Shown in pieces: positions 25,434 to 33,993 of a stretch of 64,000 bases of DNA. Position 1 is the stretch's first letter; each line of letters opens with the position of its first letter. Made by a program: the position numbers and the translations under genes. Source of the DNA: a virus (Duplodnaviria; Caudoviricetes); IMG/VR virus record IMGVR_UViG_3300047481_000568, positions 245 through 64,244 of that record; one strand, given 5' to 3'. The notes under the pieces were generated by a model that was not told the origin of the DNA, did no database searches, and was given only the letters and a program-made list of their open reading frames with translations.

Positions 25434-26978
25434 TCATACCTCGCTGTGTGCTATAAAATCGGATAGTGCTCCCAAAGTAAGTTTATAGTCGCCCTTGGTA
25501 TCATAGCCACCATCTATAAACGCTTTGTTGATATTTCTTTTTTCTTGTAACATTTCGTACTGTCGTTCTTCAATGCTACCTTTCATCACGAATGAAACAA
25601 CATTGACATGAGGAAACTCTGAAGAAAGTCTGATGATACGGGCTTCTCTTTGGTCAAGCTTACCTGCTGACCAAGGCAGATCGTAAGAAATTAAGTAGTT
25701 AGCAATAGGTAGGTCAACGCCGTAACCGCCAGCGTCTGAGGACAAAAACAAACGTGTATTGGGGTCCTGGGTAAATTGTTGTTTAGATGAATCCCTATCC
25801 AACATTGTCATTCCGCCCATAAACAATACGCTGTTAGTCAAGTGTTTAGTAGCCCTCTGAATCAACCTAAGGTTTTCTTTAAAGAATGAAAACAAAACAA
25901 CTTTGTTGTTTGCTGATTGTTCTAAAACATCTGTAATGTATTGAACCACTGCTTCTAGTTTTGGTGTTCCGGAAGTTGGTGGCATTATTCCTTGATTGAC
26001 TAGTTTGTTTGCGTATTCGCTGCCCAAATCTGTTGACGCATCTGCGTACATTTTGGCCGACCAATGAACCAACTCTGGGTTATCACAAAACATTCGCAGC
26101 ACAATTAGTTTAGACATAATGTCTCCTTGTGCTTCTTTGTTGCCTGATGAACCATAATAGTGGCTCCAAATGTCAAAGCCTCGTCCTGTTTGAGAAATTG
26201 CTTTTTGAATTGATTGCAACAAATCGTGTGCAATCTTTCTGTACACAACAGCACCAGCCGTGTCAAAAGGAACTGGTATTACTTGTTGTATAACTTGGGG
26301 TAATTGATCGGCAATGTCTTCTCTAGTCTTACGAATCATTACGCCTTCCATGCTGTCATGGAGTTGTTTTAGATTTCGGTAACGACTTGGTTTTCCAAAC
26401 CTGTCTCTTACGATAAAAGTCCTATCAAAGATGTCAACCTTACCCAGTACTTTGGGGTCAACAAACTCCATAATAGAAAATAGTTCTTCAGGGCGATTTT
26501 CAATTGGTTGCCCAGTTAACGCAAACCGATAATGGTATCTCTTGCCTATTCTTTTTACTAAACGAGAACGTCTGGCTTTAGCCGATTTAATAATCGTGGC
26601 TTCATCCACAACCATTGCATCAAATGTATGTTTTTCAAAATCAGCCAAGTCATTCTTTAAAGACTCAGAGTTAATAATTACGTAAGTAGCGCTAATTGAC
26701 GCTCTCCATTGTTTTTTTCTAGTACTAACTGTTCCGTCTATGACAATGCTGGTGGAGTCGGTAAACTTTTTAATTTCCCGTTCCCATTGATACTTAAGTG
26801 ACGAAGGTACAACAATCAAAGCTTTTTTTATTTCCCCTTGATCTTTTAAAGCTTCTAACGCTGAAAGTGTTGTAATGGTTTTACCAGCGCCCATGACTAA
26901 AGCTAAAAGCATTTGACCGCGATCTACCATCGCATCAGAAGCTTCTTGTTGAAATGGATACAAGTTTCCTTTAAACAT
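25434..26978 (-). CDS. SNF2-family helicase
   Basis: LYPFQ, MGAGKT, VVDEAT, LTGQPIEN, SSDAGGYGVDL, QREARIIR. Confidence 0.93.
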   Translation of the reverse strand: MFKGNLYPFQQEASDAMVDRGQMLLALVMGAGKTITTLSALEALKDQGEIKKALIVVPSSLKYQWEREIKKFTDSTSIVIDGTVSTRKKQWRASISATYVIINSESLKNDLADFEKHTFDAMVVDEATIIKSAKARRSRLVKRIGKRYHYRFALTGQPIENRPEELFSIMEFVDPKVLGKVDIFDRTFIVRDRFGKPSRYRNLKQLHDSMEGVMIRKTREDIADQLPQVIQQVIPVPFDTAGAVVYRKIAHDLLQSIQKAISQTGRGFDIWSHYYGSSGNKEAQGDIMSKLIVLRMFCDNPELVHWSAKMYADASTDLGSEYANKLVNQGIMPPTSGTPKLEAVVQYITDVLEQSANNKVVLFSFFKENLRLIQRATKHLTNSVLFMGGMTMLDRDSSKQQFTQDPNTRLFLSSDAGGYGVDLPIANYLISYDLPWSAGKLDQREARIIRLSSEFPHVNVVSFVMKGSIEERQYEMLQEKRNINKAFIDGGYDTKGDYKLTLGALSDFIAHSEV

Positions 26979-27900
26979 GTAGCCACCATGGGAATACAGA
27001 TGCTTTAGATATTGATTCGTAAACTTCTGCGTCTGTCATATCCCCAATGTCTTTTGCATCTGTATGAGAATACTTTGCCCACAGTACTGGGGTTCTAAAT
27101 GCAGGCAATTTTTCTTTTAATTTTTGAGCCGCTGCAATTCCTGCTGAATCATTGTCTAATGCAATAATCAATTTATTAACATGGTTAGCAAGTAATGAAA
27201 TTTGTGTCTTGCTTATGTGTGCACCAAACGAAGCCAACCCACAACAACCGCCAATTGCTGTGTGTAAACGTACAACGTCAAGTGGGGATTCAACCAAAAC
27301 ACAAGTGTCACAGTCTGCTTTGTCAAGACCAAACAACGTGCTTGATTTAGAAACCCCTACTGGGTAATTCAAAACTTTAGTTTTAGACTTGGATTGCCAA
27401 CCTAAAAGTTCTCCAAAAGGTGACACGATAGGGATAACCCATGCTCTTGAAGAGGTATCCCATCGGATACCATATCTACGGGCCGCATCTCTATCTAAAT
27501 TCCTACTTGCTAATAACTCATCTGAAGGAACGGCAAACTTACTAAACGCCATCCAATCCACAACTGGCTGTTGAGGTTCTACTTCTACTGGGTTAGTTAA
27601 TCTGGTAAGACCATTGTTAATTAGAAATTCATGCACAGCAACAATAGAGTCAGATTCACCTGTTAACTCAGAAACTAAATGAGACAGTGTTCCTTTAGCG
27701 CCGCATGAATAACAAATCCATAAACCATTAGAAGCGTTCATAGACCACGACGGAGATCTATCAGCTTTACCAGTTCTGTTTAGATGAACTGGACACCTAG
27801 CGGAAATTTCAGTGTCGCCAACACGGACGACATCAACACCTAAACTTTTTAAAACATCTGCAATATCAGTAGTACCATGAATCGCTGTCATCATCGTCAT
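26971..27900 (-). CDS. dnaG: DNA primase (CHC2-type zinc finger + TOPRIM)
   Basis: CPVH...CYSC; LVESPLD; ALDNDSAG; KDIGD. Confidence 0.9.
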   Translation of the reverse strand: MTMMTAIHGTTDIADVLKSLGVDVVRVGDTEISARCPVHLNRTGKADRSPSWSMNASNGLWICYSCGAKGTLSHLVSELTGESDSIVAVHEFLINNGLTRLTNPVEVEPQQPVVDWMAFSKFAVPSDELLASRNLDRDAARRYGIRWDTSSRAWVIPIVSPFGELLGWQSKSKTKVLNYPVGVSKSSTLFGLDKADCDTCVLVESPLDVVRLHTAIGGCCGLASFGAHISKTQISLLANHVNKLIIALDNDSAGIAAAQKLKEKLPAFRTPVLWAKYSHTDAKDIGDMTDAEVYESISKASVFPWWLHV

Positions 27901-29125
27901 CGTCCTCTCCTACTTCTGTGAAGTCCATGTTCTTCCAATCCCAGTTAATGCGAATCTCACCCAGTGGTGCTGAACGAGCAAGAACGACACGGATAATTGA
28001 TTGATTATCAATATCAGGGTCTGACTCCACGCCAACAATAAGGTCTGAGTCCTGGGCAAAAGATGATGTGTAGCCAATTGAGTCGGCAGTAATCTTGCGA
28101 GACTTCTTGTTGCCAAGTTTCCATGACAGAACCTGAGTGGTTCCAATAACCGGAATGTCTGCGTTCTGAGCCAAACGCTTTAGAGACCTAGTGATGTTGG
28201 TAAGAGCTTGTGGCGAACCCTTAGGCTCACCGTTCTCATCGTCCATTAAGTACACACCGTCAACAAACAAGATGTCGGGTTTAAATTCTTTTACCTTTGC
28301 AGCAAGTGCACTTACTGTTGTTAGCGAAGATGTATCTTCTGTAACCACAAATGGGTGCATGTTTTTTCGCATGCGCAAAGTGGTAGCAATCTTTTCCAAC
28401 TCGTTGTTAGTCAGCGAGCCACGCAATATGTTTGTGTAGGCAACCTTAGAAACAATTGCGTCGTATCGTGCTGCTTGTTCTTCAGCGGACATTTCAAATG
28501 AAACAAACAAAGGAGACTTGCCATGAAGGTGGGCGGCATTTGCCATGATAAGAGTCATCAATGATTTACCTTTTTTGGCCTCACCTACAAACGTAATAAG
28601 TTGCTGTGGTCTAAACCCAGATGTGATTCTGTCCAAACCAAGTAGACCAGTTGGGATACCACGCAATGCGTTTGGCGTGCTTTGTAATTCTTTGTACTTG
28701 TCAACTCGTGACTCCCATGTCTCAATCAAGTTTATGTCACGCAACCGTGCTGTCTCTGCAGATGCTTTTTGTAAACCATTTGCAAGGTCAAGTAACGCTT
28801 TAGCCGTGTCACCAGATTCCAAAGATGGCATTGCAAGCGCCATAGCCTCAAGCAAATTACGATGACGGTACGATTCATAAACTTCATCAATGAGTGCCGT
28901 GAATGGTTCATCCTCAGCAGTGATTAACCGAATGTCTCCAAACTCTTGACTAAGCGCTCGCTTAGATGGAACTTCGCCGTGGTCTCGCCAAAAGGTAATC
29001 AACCATGACCAAACTTTGGACCACTCTGCTGTGAAGTGGTCTTCTTTTACGCCAGCTTTTAGAGCAACTGATAAATCTTTAGTTTGAATTACCTTGCTTA
29101 TTAAGAGATGTTCTGCACTAGCCAT
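27866..29125 (-). CDS. dnaB: DnaB-like replicative helicase
   Basis: GIPTG..LD..TSG, GEAKKGKS, SFEMS, FVDG.YLM, QDSD; start refined to MASAEH. Confidence 0.92.
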   Translation of the reverse strand: MASAEHLLISKVIQTKDLSVALKAGVKEDHFTAEWSKVWSWLITFWRDHGEVPSKRALSQEFGDIRLITAEDEPFTALIDEVYESYRHRNLLEAMALAMPSLESGDTAKALLDLANGLQKASAETARLRDINLIETWESRVDKYKELQSTPNALRGIPTGLLGLDRITSGFRPQQLITFVGEAKKGKSLMTLIMANAAHLHGKSPLFVSFEMSAEEQAARYDAIVSKVAYTNILRGSLTNNELEKIATTLRMRKNMHPFVVTEDTSSLTTVSALAAKVKEFKPDILFVDGVYLMDDENGEPKGSPQALTNITRSLKRLAQNADIPVIGTTQVLSWKLGNKKSRKITADSIGYTSSFAQDSDLIVGVESDPDIDNQSIIRVVLARSAPLGEIRINWDWKNMDFTEVGEDDDDDDSDSWYY

Positions 29126-29565
29126 TACGCAGACCACGCAGTCTTGGGTGTAACCACCGTGGATCTGAAGCCAATAATTTTTGCGTGCTCTTCATCTGCT
29201 GTATACACCTTCTGTATGGACGGAAAAAACCTGAGGTCGTATGCTAACTCCTCAATTGACTTATACGCCGTTACTACCGTTGATATCCCTTTTCTTACTA
29301 ACCACTTTTCAATGCTGTCAACAAGATAGTCGGGCAACAACGTATAAACAACTATCCCCACGTTATATCTGTTAATTAAATCAATTGCATGTTTGACTGG
29401 TATTTCGTTTACTTTCCAAAAAGATATGTACTGTTCCCAATTCTTTGCAGTCAATGCAACACGTGCTCTAAGTTTAGATAACCCTTCCGGCTCTGATGCC
29501 AGAACGCCCTCAAACATTGTTGCTTGAGAGATTGGAGAAAAGGAAGCTAAATCATTCCCCTGCAT
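29125..29565 (-). CDS. hypothetical protein, possible degenerate HAD fold
   Basis: ORF track; FEGVL motif. Confidence 0.7.
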   Translation of the reverse strand: MQGNDLASFSPISQATMFEGVLASEPEGLSKLRARVALTAKNWEQYISFWKVNEIPVKHAIDLINRYNVGIVVYTLLPDYLVDSIEKWLVRKGISTVVTAYKSIEELAYDLRFFPSIQKVYTADEEHAKIIGFRSTVVTPKTAWSA

Positions 29566-30202
29566 AATGTGGGTCCAATAAACGATAGTCCTTTCCTAAG
29601 AAAGGCAATACGCAACAACACTCGCTAAGAATGGAAGCAACACGTGGTCCGTAAATATCACTTAAACGTGATAACGGAATTTCACTAGTAATGATTGTGA
29701 TTAATTGTTGCTCGTAACGACTATTCAACATAGACGTAATTGCCTTCTTTGTAAAATCAGTCATACGTTCTGAACCAAGGTTGTCCAAAACCAAAACGTC
29801 GTACACGGCGTTGATGTACTTCAACATGTATTCGTCGGAGTACATGTCAGATAAAACATTGTCAGGATTCATCTCGTCGTATGATGCTTCAACAAACTTT
29901 TCAGCCGTTATAAAGAATCCACTTAGTTGGTGGTTTAACACGATCTCACGAAGTAACCCACATGCAACATGTGTCTTTCCACTTCCAGAACCGCCAAAAA
30001 AGTAAAGACCTTCTCCGCATTCTTTGTTGTGTTCAATGTTGGTTAACCATTGACGAACGTATGTAACAACATCTGGACTTCCCAAGTCTGTGTTGTAGTC
30101 ATCTAAAGTTTTTTTAGTGAAGCGTTTAGGTATGTGCGCATTCTTTAAGCGCTCTATAGGTTGTCTGTTGCGCCAATACTTTGCAGAGTGCCATTCACTC
30201 AT
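29552..30202 (-). CDS. DnaC/IstB-like ATPase (helicase loader)
   Basis: IPKRF...LDDY, GGSGSGKTH, LVLDNLGSE, LNSRY....TIITS. Confidence 0.88.
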   Translation of the reverse strand: MSEWHSAKYWRNRQPIERLKNAHIPKRFTKKTLDDYNTDLGSPDVVTYVRQWLTNIEHNKECGEGLYFFGGSGSGKTHVACGLLREIVLNHQLSGFFITAEKFVEASYDEMNPDNVLSDMYSDEYMLKYINAVYDVLVLDNLGSERMTDFTKKAITSMLNSRYEQQLITIITSEIPLSRLSDIYGPRVASILSECCCVLPFLGKDYRLLDPHYAGE

Positions 30203-30593
30203 GTGTACCTTTCATCAATCTCTTGTCAACAGTGTATTCGGAATAATCGTATTTAGACAACGGTGTATCTACTTTTTTCTTTAAAGCATCCAAGCGCGAC
30301 GCAAACCCCTTCCACGTTGGTACATCTGTTGGCAATGGTGTTTGTTTAATTTCGTGAGCAAACACGTCAATCATTTTATAAATTTGTTCTATTGTCACGC
30401 CTTTTTCTTGTAAGTTCTTAAACACTTTCATCAATGCTATTCCGTTAACCGGAGCATTCAATGTCATGTTTTTACTAATTGTTGCGTCTCTAAAATAAGC
30501 CACCAACCCAGTTGTTGAACTTTTCTTTTTAACTGGTGGCTTACTAACAGGTTCGTCAGCTCCTAATGTTTTACCGCCCCAGTCATCAATCAT
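30195..30593 (-). CDS. hypothetical protein
   Basis: ORF track. Confidence 0.75.
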   Translation of the reverse strand: MIDDWGGKTLGADEPVSKPPVKKKSSTTGLVAYFRDATISKNMTLNAPVNGIALMKVFKNLQEKGVTIEQIYKMIDVFAHEIKQTPLPTDVPTWKGFASRLDALKKKVDTPLSKYDYSEYTVDKRLMKGTHE

Positions 30594-30754
30594 TATCCAT
30601 CCAACTTTTTGGCTTTATCAACGATGTACATGACCTTAATCATTTTTCCGTTTTCTACTGGAGTCAAAGACAGTTTAGGCACCAGAACTTCTTTTCCTTT
30701 ATCGTTTATTTCTTTCTCGCTGTACTCCCACATCCATCGCATGCCTTTACCCAT
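30593..30754 (-). CDS. hypothetical protein (53 aa)
   Basis: Read by hand: MGKGMRWMWEYSEKE...KLDG; GGGAG RBS; TAATG coupling downstream. Confidence 0.6.
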   Translation of the reverse strand: MGKGMRWMWEYSEKEINDKGKEVLVPKLSLTPVENGKMIKVMYIVDKAKKLDG

Positions 30755-31322
30755 TGCTGTGTCTCCCGTCGGTAAGTTTTAACTGTCGGTTCCACCGACT
30801 GTCCGTTGAGTATAGATCCAAGCTCTTAGTACCTTTTCTCTTCTTTTGGTTTTCCTTCTTATAATTATTTTTCTTTCTTATTTGGGTGTCACTGGAGTCA
30901 CTCAATATGAGTGTCTCTGGAGTCACCCCAGGGGTGTCACTGGAGTCACTACTAAACACCCCAGTGTCTCTAGAGTCACCCCCATTAATTAAGGCTTCTG
31001 CGGCTGCCGTATTGTACGTAATTACGTACAAATTTGGCATGTTCTTTCCGTATCTGCCCATCTTTACAATCTTGCGGATAACCCCAATCTCAACCAAACG
31101 ATGCATTGCCCTAATTACAGTCCTACGGTTGTATCCGGTGTCCCTTGCTAGAACGTCATATGTCGTAGACAAAGTTTGGTCATGTGTGTTCATGTAACCA
31201 ATGGCACATGTCAATACATGTAACGCCACTGAATCGCCTTTCATGTACTTAACAACCCAAGTAGGTATGGAAATCCAAGGTCCTCCTAGTTTGGTATTCT
31301 CGCCTGCACTTTTTTGTTTCAT
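30747..31322 (-). CDS. replication initiator (N-terminal HTH, lambda O-like organisation)
   Basis: TYDVLARDTGYNRRTVIRAMHRLVEIGVI...NLY; internal iterons; upstream of loader and helicase. Confidence 0.8.
   Translation of the reverse strand: MKQKSAGENTKLGGPWISIPTWVVKYMKGDSVALHVLTCAIGYMNTHDQTLSTTYDVLARDTGYNRRTVIRAMHRLVEIGVIRKIVKMGRYGKNMPNLYVITYNTAAAEALINGGDSRDTGVFSSDSSDTPGVTPETLILSDSSDTQIRKKNNYKKENQKKRKGTKSLDLYSTDSRWNRQLKLTDGRHSNG
30835..30979. repeat. putative replication origin: four 16-bp iterons plus AT-rich tract
   Basis: GTGTCWCTRGAGTCAC at 30886, 30911, 30934 and 30964; adjacent AT-rich, strand-biased tract 30835-30883. Confidence 0.8.
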
Positions 31323-31326
31323 ATAG

Positions 31327-31356
31327 TTGCATCCTCTCTAGTGATCGTGTTATGCT
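31327..31356 (+). promoter_or_regulatory. plus-strand sigma70-type promoter
   Basis: TTGCAT-N18-TATGCT with extended -10 TG; predicted start about 31363, at the base of the first hairpin. Confidence 0.6.
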
Positions 31357-31362
31357 TTTGGT

Positions 31363-31465
31363 AAGTAAACGGTTCCCTTCTCCCGTTTACTATTGCGAGT
31401 TATTTAGTAACTGCGCAAGGCCCACTTGATAGTGGGGGCGTTGGTTTCCCTTCTTACCAACGTCC
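31363..31465 (+). ncRNA. candidate small RNA, four stem-loops, two UUCCCUUCU loops
   Basis: Hairpins 31364-31391, 31393-31418, 31421-31436, 31436-31465; G-U pairs favour the plus strand; dedicated promoter. Confidence 0.6.
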
Positions 31466-32092
31466 TCACTGTGGGTTTAAAAACTCCAATATTTTGCTCT
31501 TAGAACCGCTAACTGTCTTATGTTGCCCATCTATGGTGTAAACAAGCGTATACAGCTCATTAGAGAGGTTAGAAACCAAATCCTGTGTAGGGGGAAGGGT
31601 ATCCTTTTTTGACGCATCCTGGGGCTTCCTAGAGGCCTCTACGGGCTTATCTTCTACTGGTTCCCCAACTGTTAAAGGCACTAAACCATTACACAGGTCT
31701 AGAGTCTCCATATTCTTTGCATTGGCTGTAAGAACAATCTCCTCTACAAACTGTGTAGGTTGGTCAAAAGTAGCGACTTCATCCCATAACACAAGTACTG
31801 TGGCGTCAGGGTAGCTGTCCAGACTATCCTCAATAAGATTGTCTACTTTTACAACTCGGTTCGCAGCACCCTCAACCAGGTGATGAACTTTGTTATCAGA
31901 GTGGACCACTGTAAATGACGCTGAATGTTCTATGAGCCAATCGTAAACACGACTCTGACCATCTGTGGGTTTGCCTGTCCAAAGAACCACAAACTCTTTT
32001 GTGGTCAATGCCACGTCACTTAAACCAGTTTCAATTACATTTGCGCTTGCGTTACCTGTACCTGCTATCAGGTAGTACCTAGACTTTTGCAT
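31466..32092 (-). CDS. hypothetical protein (Rossmann-like N-terminus)
   Basis: ORF track; GGAGG RBS. Confidence 0.8.
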   Translation of the reverse strand: MQKSRYYLIAGTGNASANVIETGLSDVALTTKEFVVLWTGKPTDGQSRVYDWLIEHSASFTVVHSDNKVHHLVEGAANRVVKVDNLIEDSLDSYPDATVLVLWDEVATFDQPTQFVEEIVLTANAKNMETLDLCNGLVPLTVGEPVEDKPVEASRKPQDASKKDTLPPTQDLVSNLSNELYTLVYTIDGQHKTVSGSKSKILEFLNPQ

Positions 32093-32101
32093 GTTGTCCT
32101 C

Positions 32102-32374
32102 CTACTTTAAAGACTTGTTATGTGCCATATCTCCTAGATAAGTCAGACATCGTAGCACCGTGTGGCAGAAGCCAGCAAGTGTTGCAATGATTAAACCTCC
32201 CAACCAAATGTTGTCTACACCGACAACAAAAGAAGCGCCGTAAGAAACTACGACTCCCGCTAAAACTTTAACCCAAGGCATTGCTTCTTTAGGTAAAAGT
32301 AAATCAATTACTTGCAACAGTTTGTAAACGGCTAGTGCACAAATTATATAGTTCACGTTTTTCCTGGTATCCAA
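32102..32374 (-). CDS. small multi-TM membrane protein
   Basis: Three hydrophobic segments; start uncertain. Confidence 0.7.
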   Translation of the reverse strand: MDTRKNVNYIICALAVYKLLQVIDLLLPKEAMPWVKVLAGVVVSYGASFVVGVDNIWLGGLIIATLAGFCHTVLRCLTYLGDMAHNKSLK

Positions 32375-33993
32375 TCGTAGTTAATAGTTTTGTCTATAGA
32401 TGGATCAAGAAGCATAGTGACTGGTAATAGTTTTGGCAACAAATCAACAATAGTATCTTGAGTTTTTTTTCTATTAGTTGAATAAGTTGAGTACGATGCA
32501 TATTGACTGCCAGACCATTGGTGGTCAGCAAAGTTGTTTTGGTAAACAAATCCACCAAAATCTGAATCACCATTAAAGAACGGGCCGTAGGAGTTAGGTT
32601 CAACCATCCACTTAGTTATTGTTGTTGATGTACCAGCCGCTAAACCAAGAATTAGAACCGGGTACAGCATAGCTGTAGTGTTTTGTGTTGGCGCTAAGAT
32701 TACTTTTCTACCAGATGGACTTAGGTTTGCAGGAATGATTTGATCGCTTTGGTTACTTGTTGACCAGTTAGACCATGATGCCGATGCAGATGCCCATTGA
32801 GCACCCCAAATACTTCCGGCAGAAGCTGTTGTTATTTCAATAGACGACCAGTAATCAGTATTGTCTTTTACTGGAACAGCCACTGTGGACATCAAAGCAA
32901 ACTGTGCGGATGAACTTCCTGAATTGGTAACCGTAATGTAATTACCAGATTTAGTGTAAGCAACAGAAGCCGTTTCTGTTGTTAAATTCCATTTTTTAGT
33001 ACCAGATTCAATTACAAACAACGAGTCCGCTACTAAGTTTGCTTTTTCTGCATGGATATTAAATGTGTAACGAGGACTACTTGTTGACTCAATAACATCA
33101 ACTTCAGAACCAGTTACAGCAATCAAATATTGTTTTGTTGCCTCAAGTGTTCCTTTACGTTGACGATAGTAAGCAATGTCTTTTAAGATCTGCCTAATTC
33201 GTGATGTTCCTAAATCTTGAATAGAAACTTCCAAACCAAACATGGTGGCTAGTTGGTCTATAGATTCGGTTTCTGTTTTTTCTGGGTCATATTGTTGGAC
33301 TACAGAATTAAGTAATGTTCTAATTCGGTCAAACTCAAATCCAAAAATGTCTAAATATCGGTAAAGGTATCCTCGCGATAAACCTTCTGGATCTGTATCG
33401 GTTCCGTTGGTGTCGGCAATGCGATGATGAGATGGTATGCGTTCCCACAAAGCATCGGTTGTGTGGTGATCAAAAGGTACTAACTCTTGTAATGTCGCAA
33501 CTCTTTCGTACCAATTGACGCCTGCTGGACCTGTTCCGTTTTGGTTCCAGTGTAAAAATAAAGAGTAGTAAGCCCACGCCCCCGACGGGACGTTATTGTG
33601 TGTTACTGAATAAGTTGTATCTGCATAATTTTGTTCTTTAAGGATTACACCATCAGCAACTGTTTCAGGAGCACCTGTTCTAGAGTAAACAACAACAACA
33701 CCTTTAATAGAAGTTTCTCCTCCTAATTTTGTTGCAGGGTCTTCAATTAAAAATGATGACCATGTTATATTTACAGACGAATGCGTGACTGCAGTTGCTT
33801 TAAAACTTGCGGCAATGTTCAATTCACCAACTGGTGCAATAAACCCATCTGCCCTCAATGAGCTGTCTGAGTCCAATCTTGTTTGCCCAACTGGGGCGTC
33901 TGTGTCTGTACCACGAACATACGAACCAAACGCGTTGGCGTCAGGACTTGCAATTAAGTCAACGCGACGAATCCTAAAAGATTTATATGCCAT
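32353..33993 (-). CDS. baseplate wedge protein (P2 gpI-like domain)
   Basis: LYRYLDIFGFEFD, LATMFG, YYRQRKGT; follows baseplate J. Confidence 0.8.
   Translation of the reverse strand: MAYKSFRIRRVDLIASPDANAFGSYVRGTDTDAPVGQTRLDSDSSLRADGFIAPVGELNIAASFKATAVTHSSVNITWSSFLIEDPATKLGGETSIKGVVVVYSRTGAPETVADGVILKEQNYADTTYSVTHNNVPSGAWAYYSLFLHWNQNGTGPAGVNWYERVATLQELVPFDHHTTDALWERIPSHHRIADTNGTDTDPEGLSRGYLYRYLDIFGFEFDRIRTLLNSVVQQYDPEKTETESIDQLATMFGLEVSIQDLGTSRIRQILKDIAYYRQRKGTLEATKQYLIAVTGSEVDVIESTSSPRYTFNIHAEKANLVADSLFVIESGTKKWNLTTETASVAYTKSGNYITVTNSGSSSAQFALMSTVAVPVKDNTDYWSSIEITTASAGSIWGAQWASASASWSNWSTSNQSDQIIPANLSPSGRKVILAPTQNTTAMLYPVLILGLAAGTSTTITKWMVEPNSYGPFFNGDSDFGGFVYQNNFADHQWSGSQYASYSTYSTNRKKTQDTIVDLLPKLLPVTMLLDPSIDKTINYDWIPGKT

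Noticed and set aside
21804-29125. Inteins or introns in polymerase, helicases or terminase
   Set aside because: Protein lengths are ordinary, with no intein terminal motifs, homing endonuclease motifs or split genes
30886-30979. Four direct repeats as a mini-CRISPR array
   Set aside because: Repeats are 16 bp with 7-14 bp gaps and lie inside the initiator CDS; this fits iterons
31363-31465. Multi-hairpin region as a tRNA
   Set aside because: No closing acceptor stem, no TTC-type T-loop and no 7-nt anticodon loop; hairpins are serial
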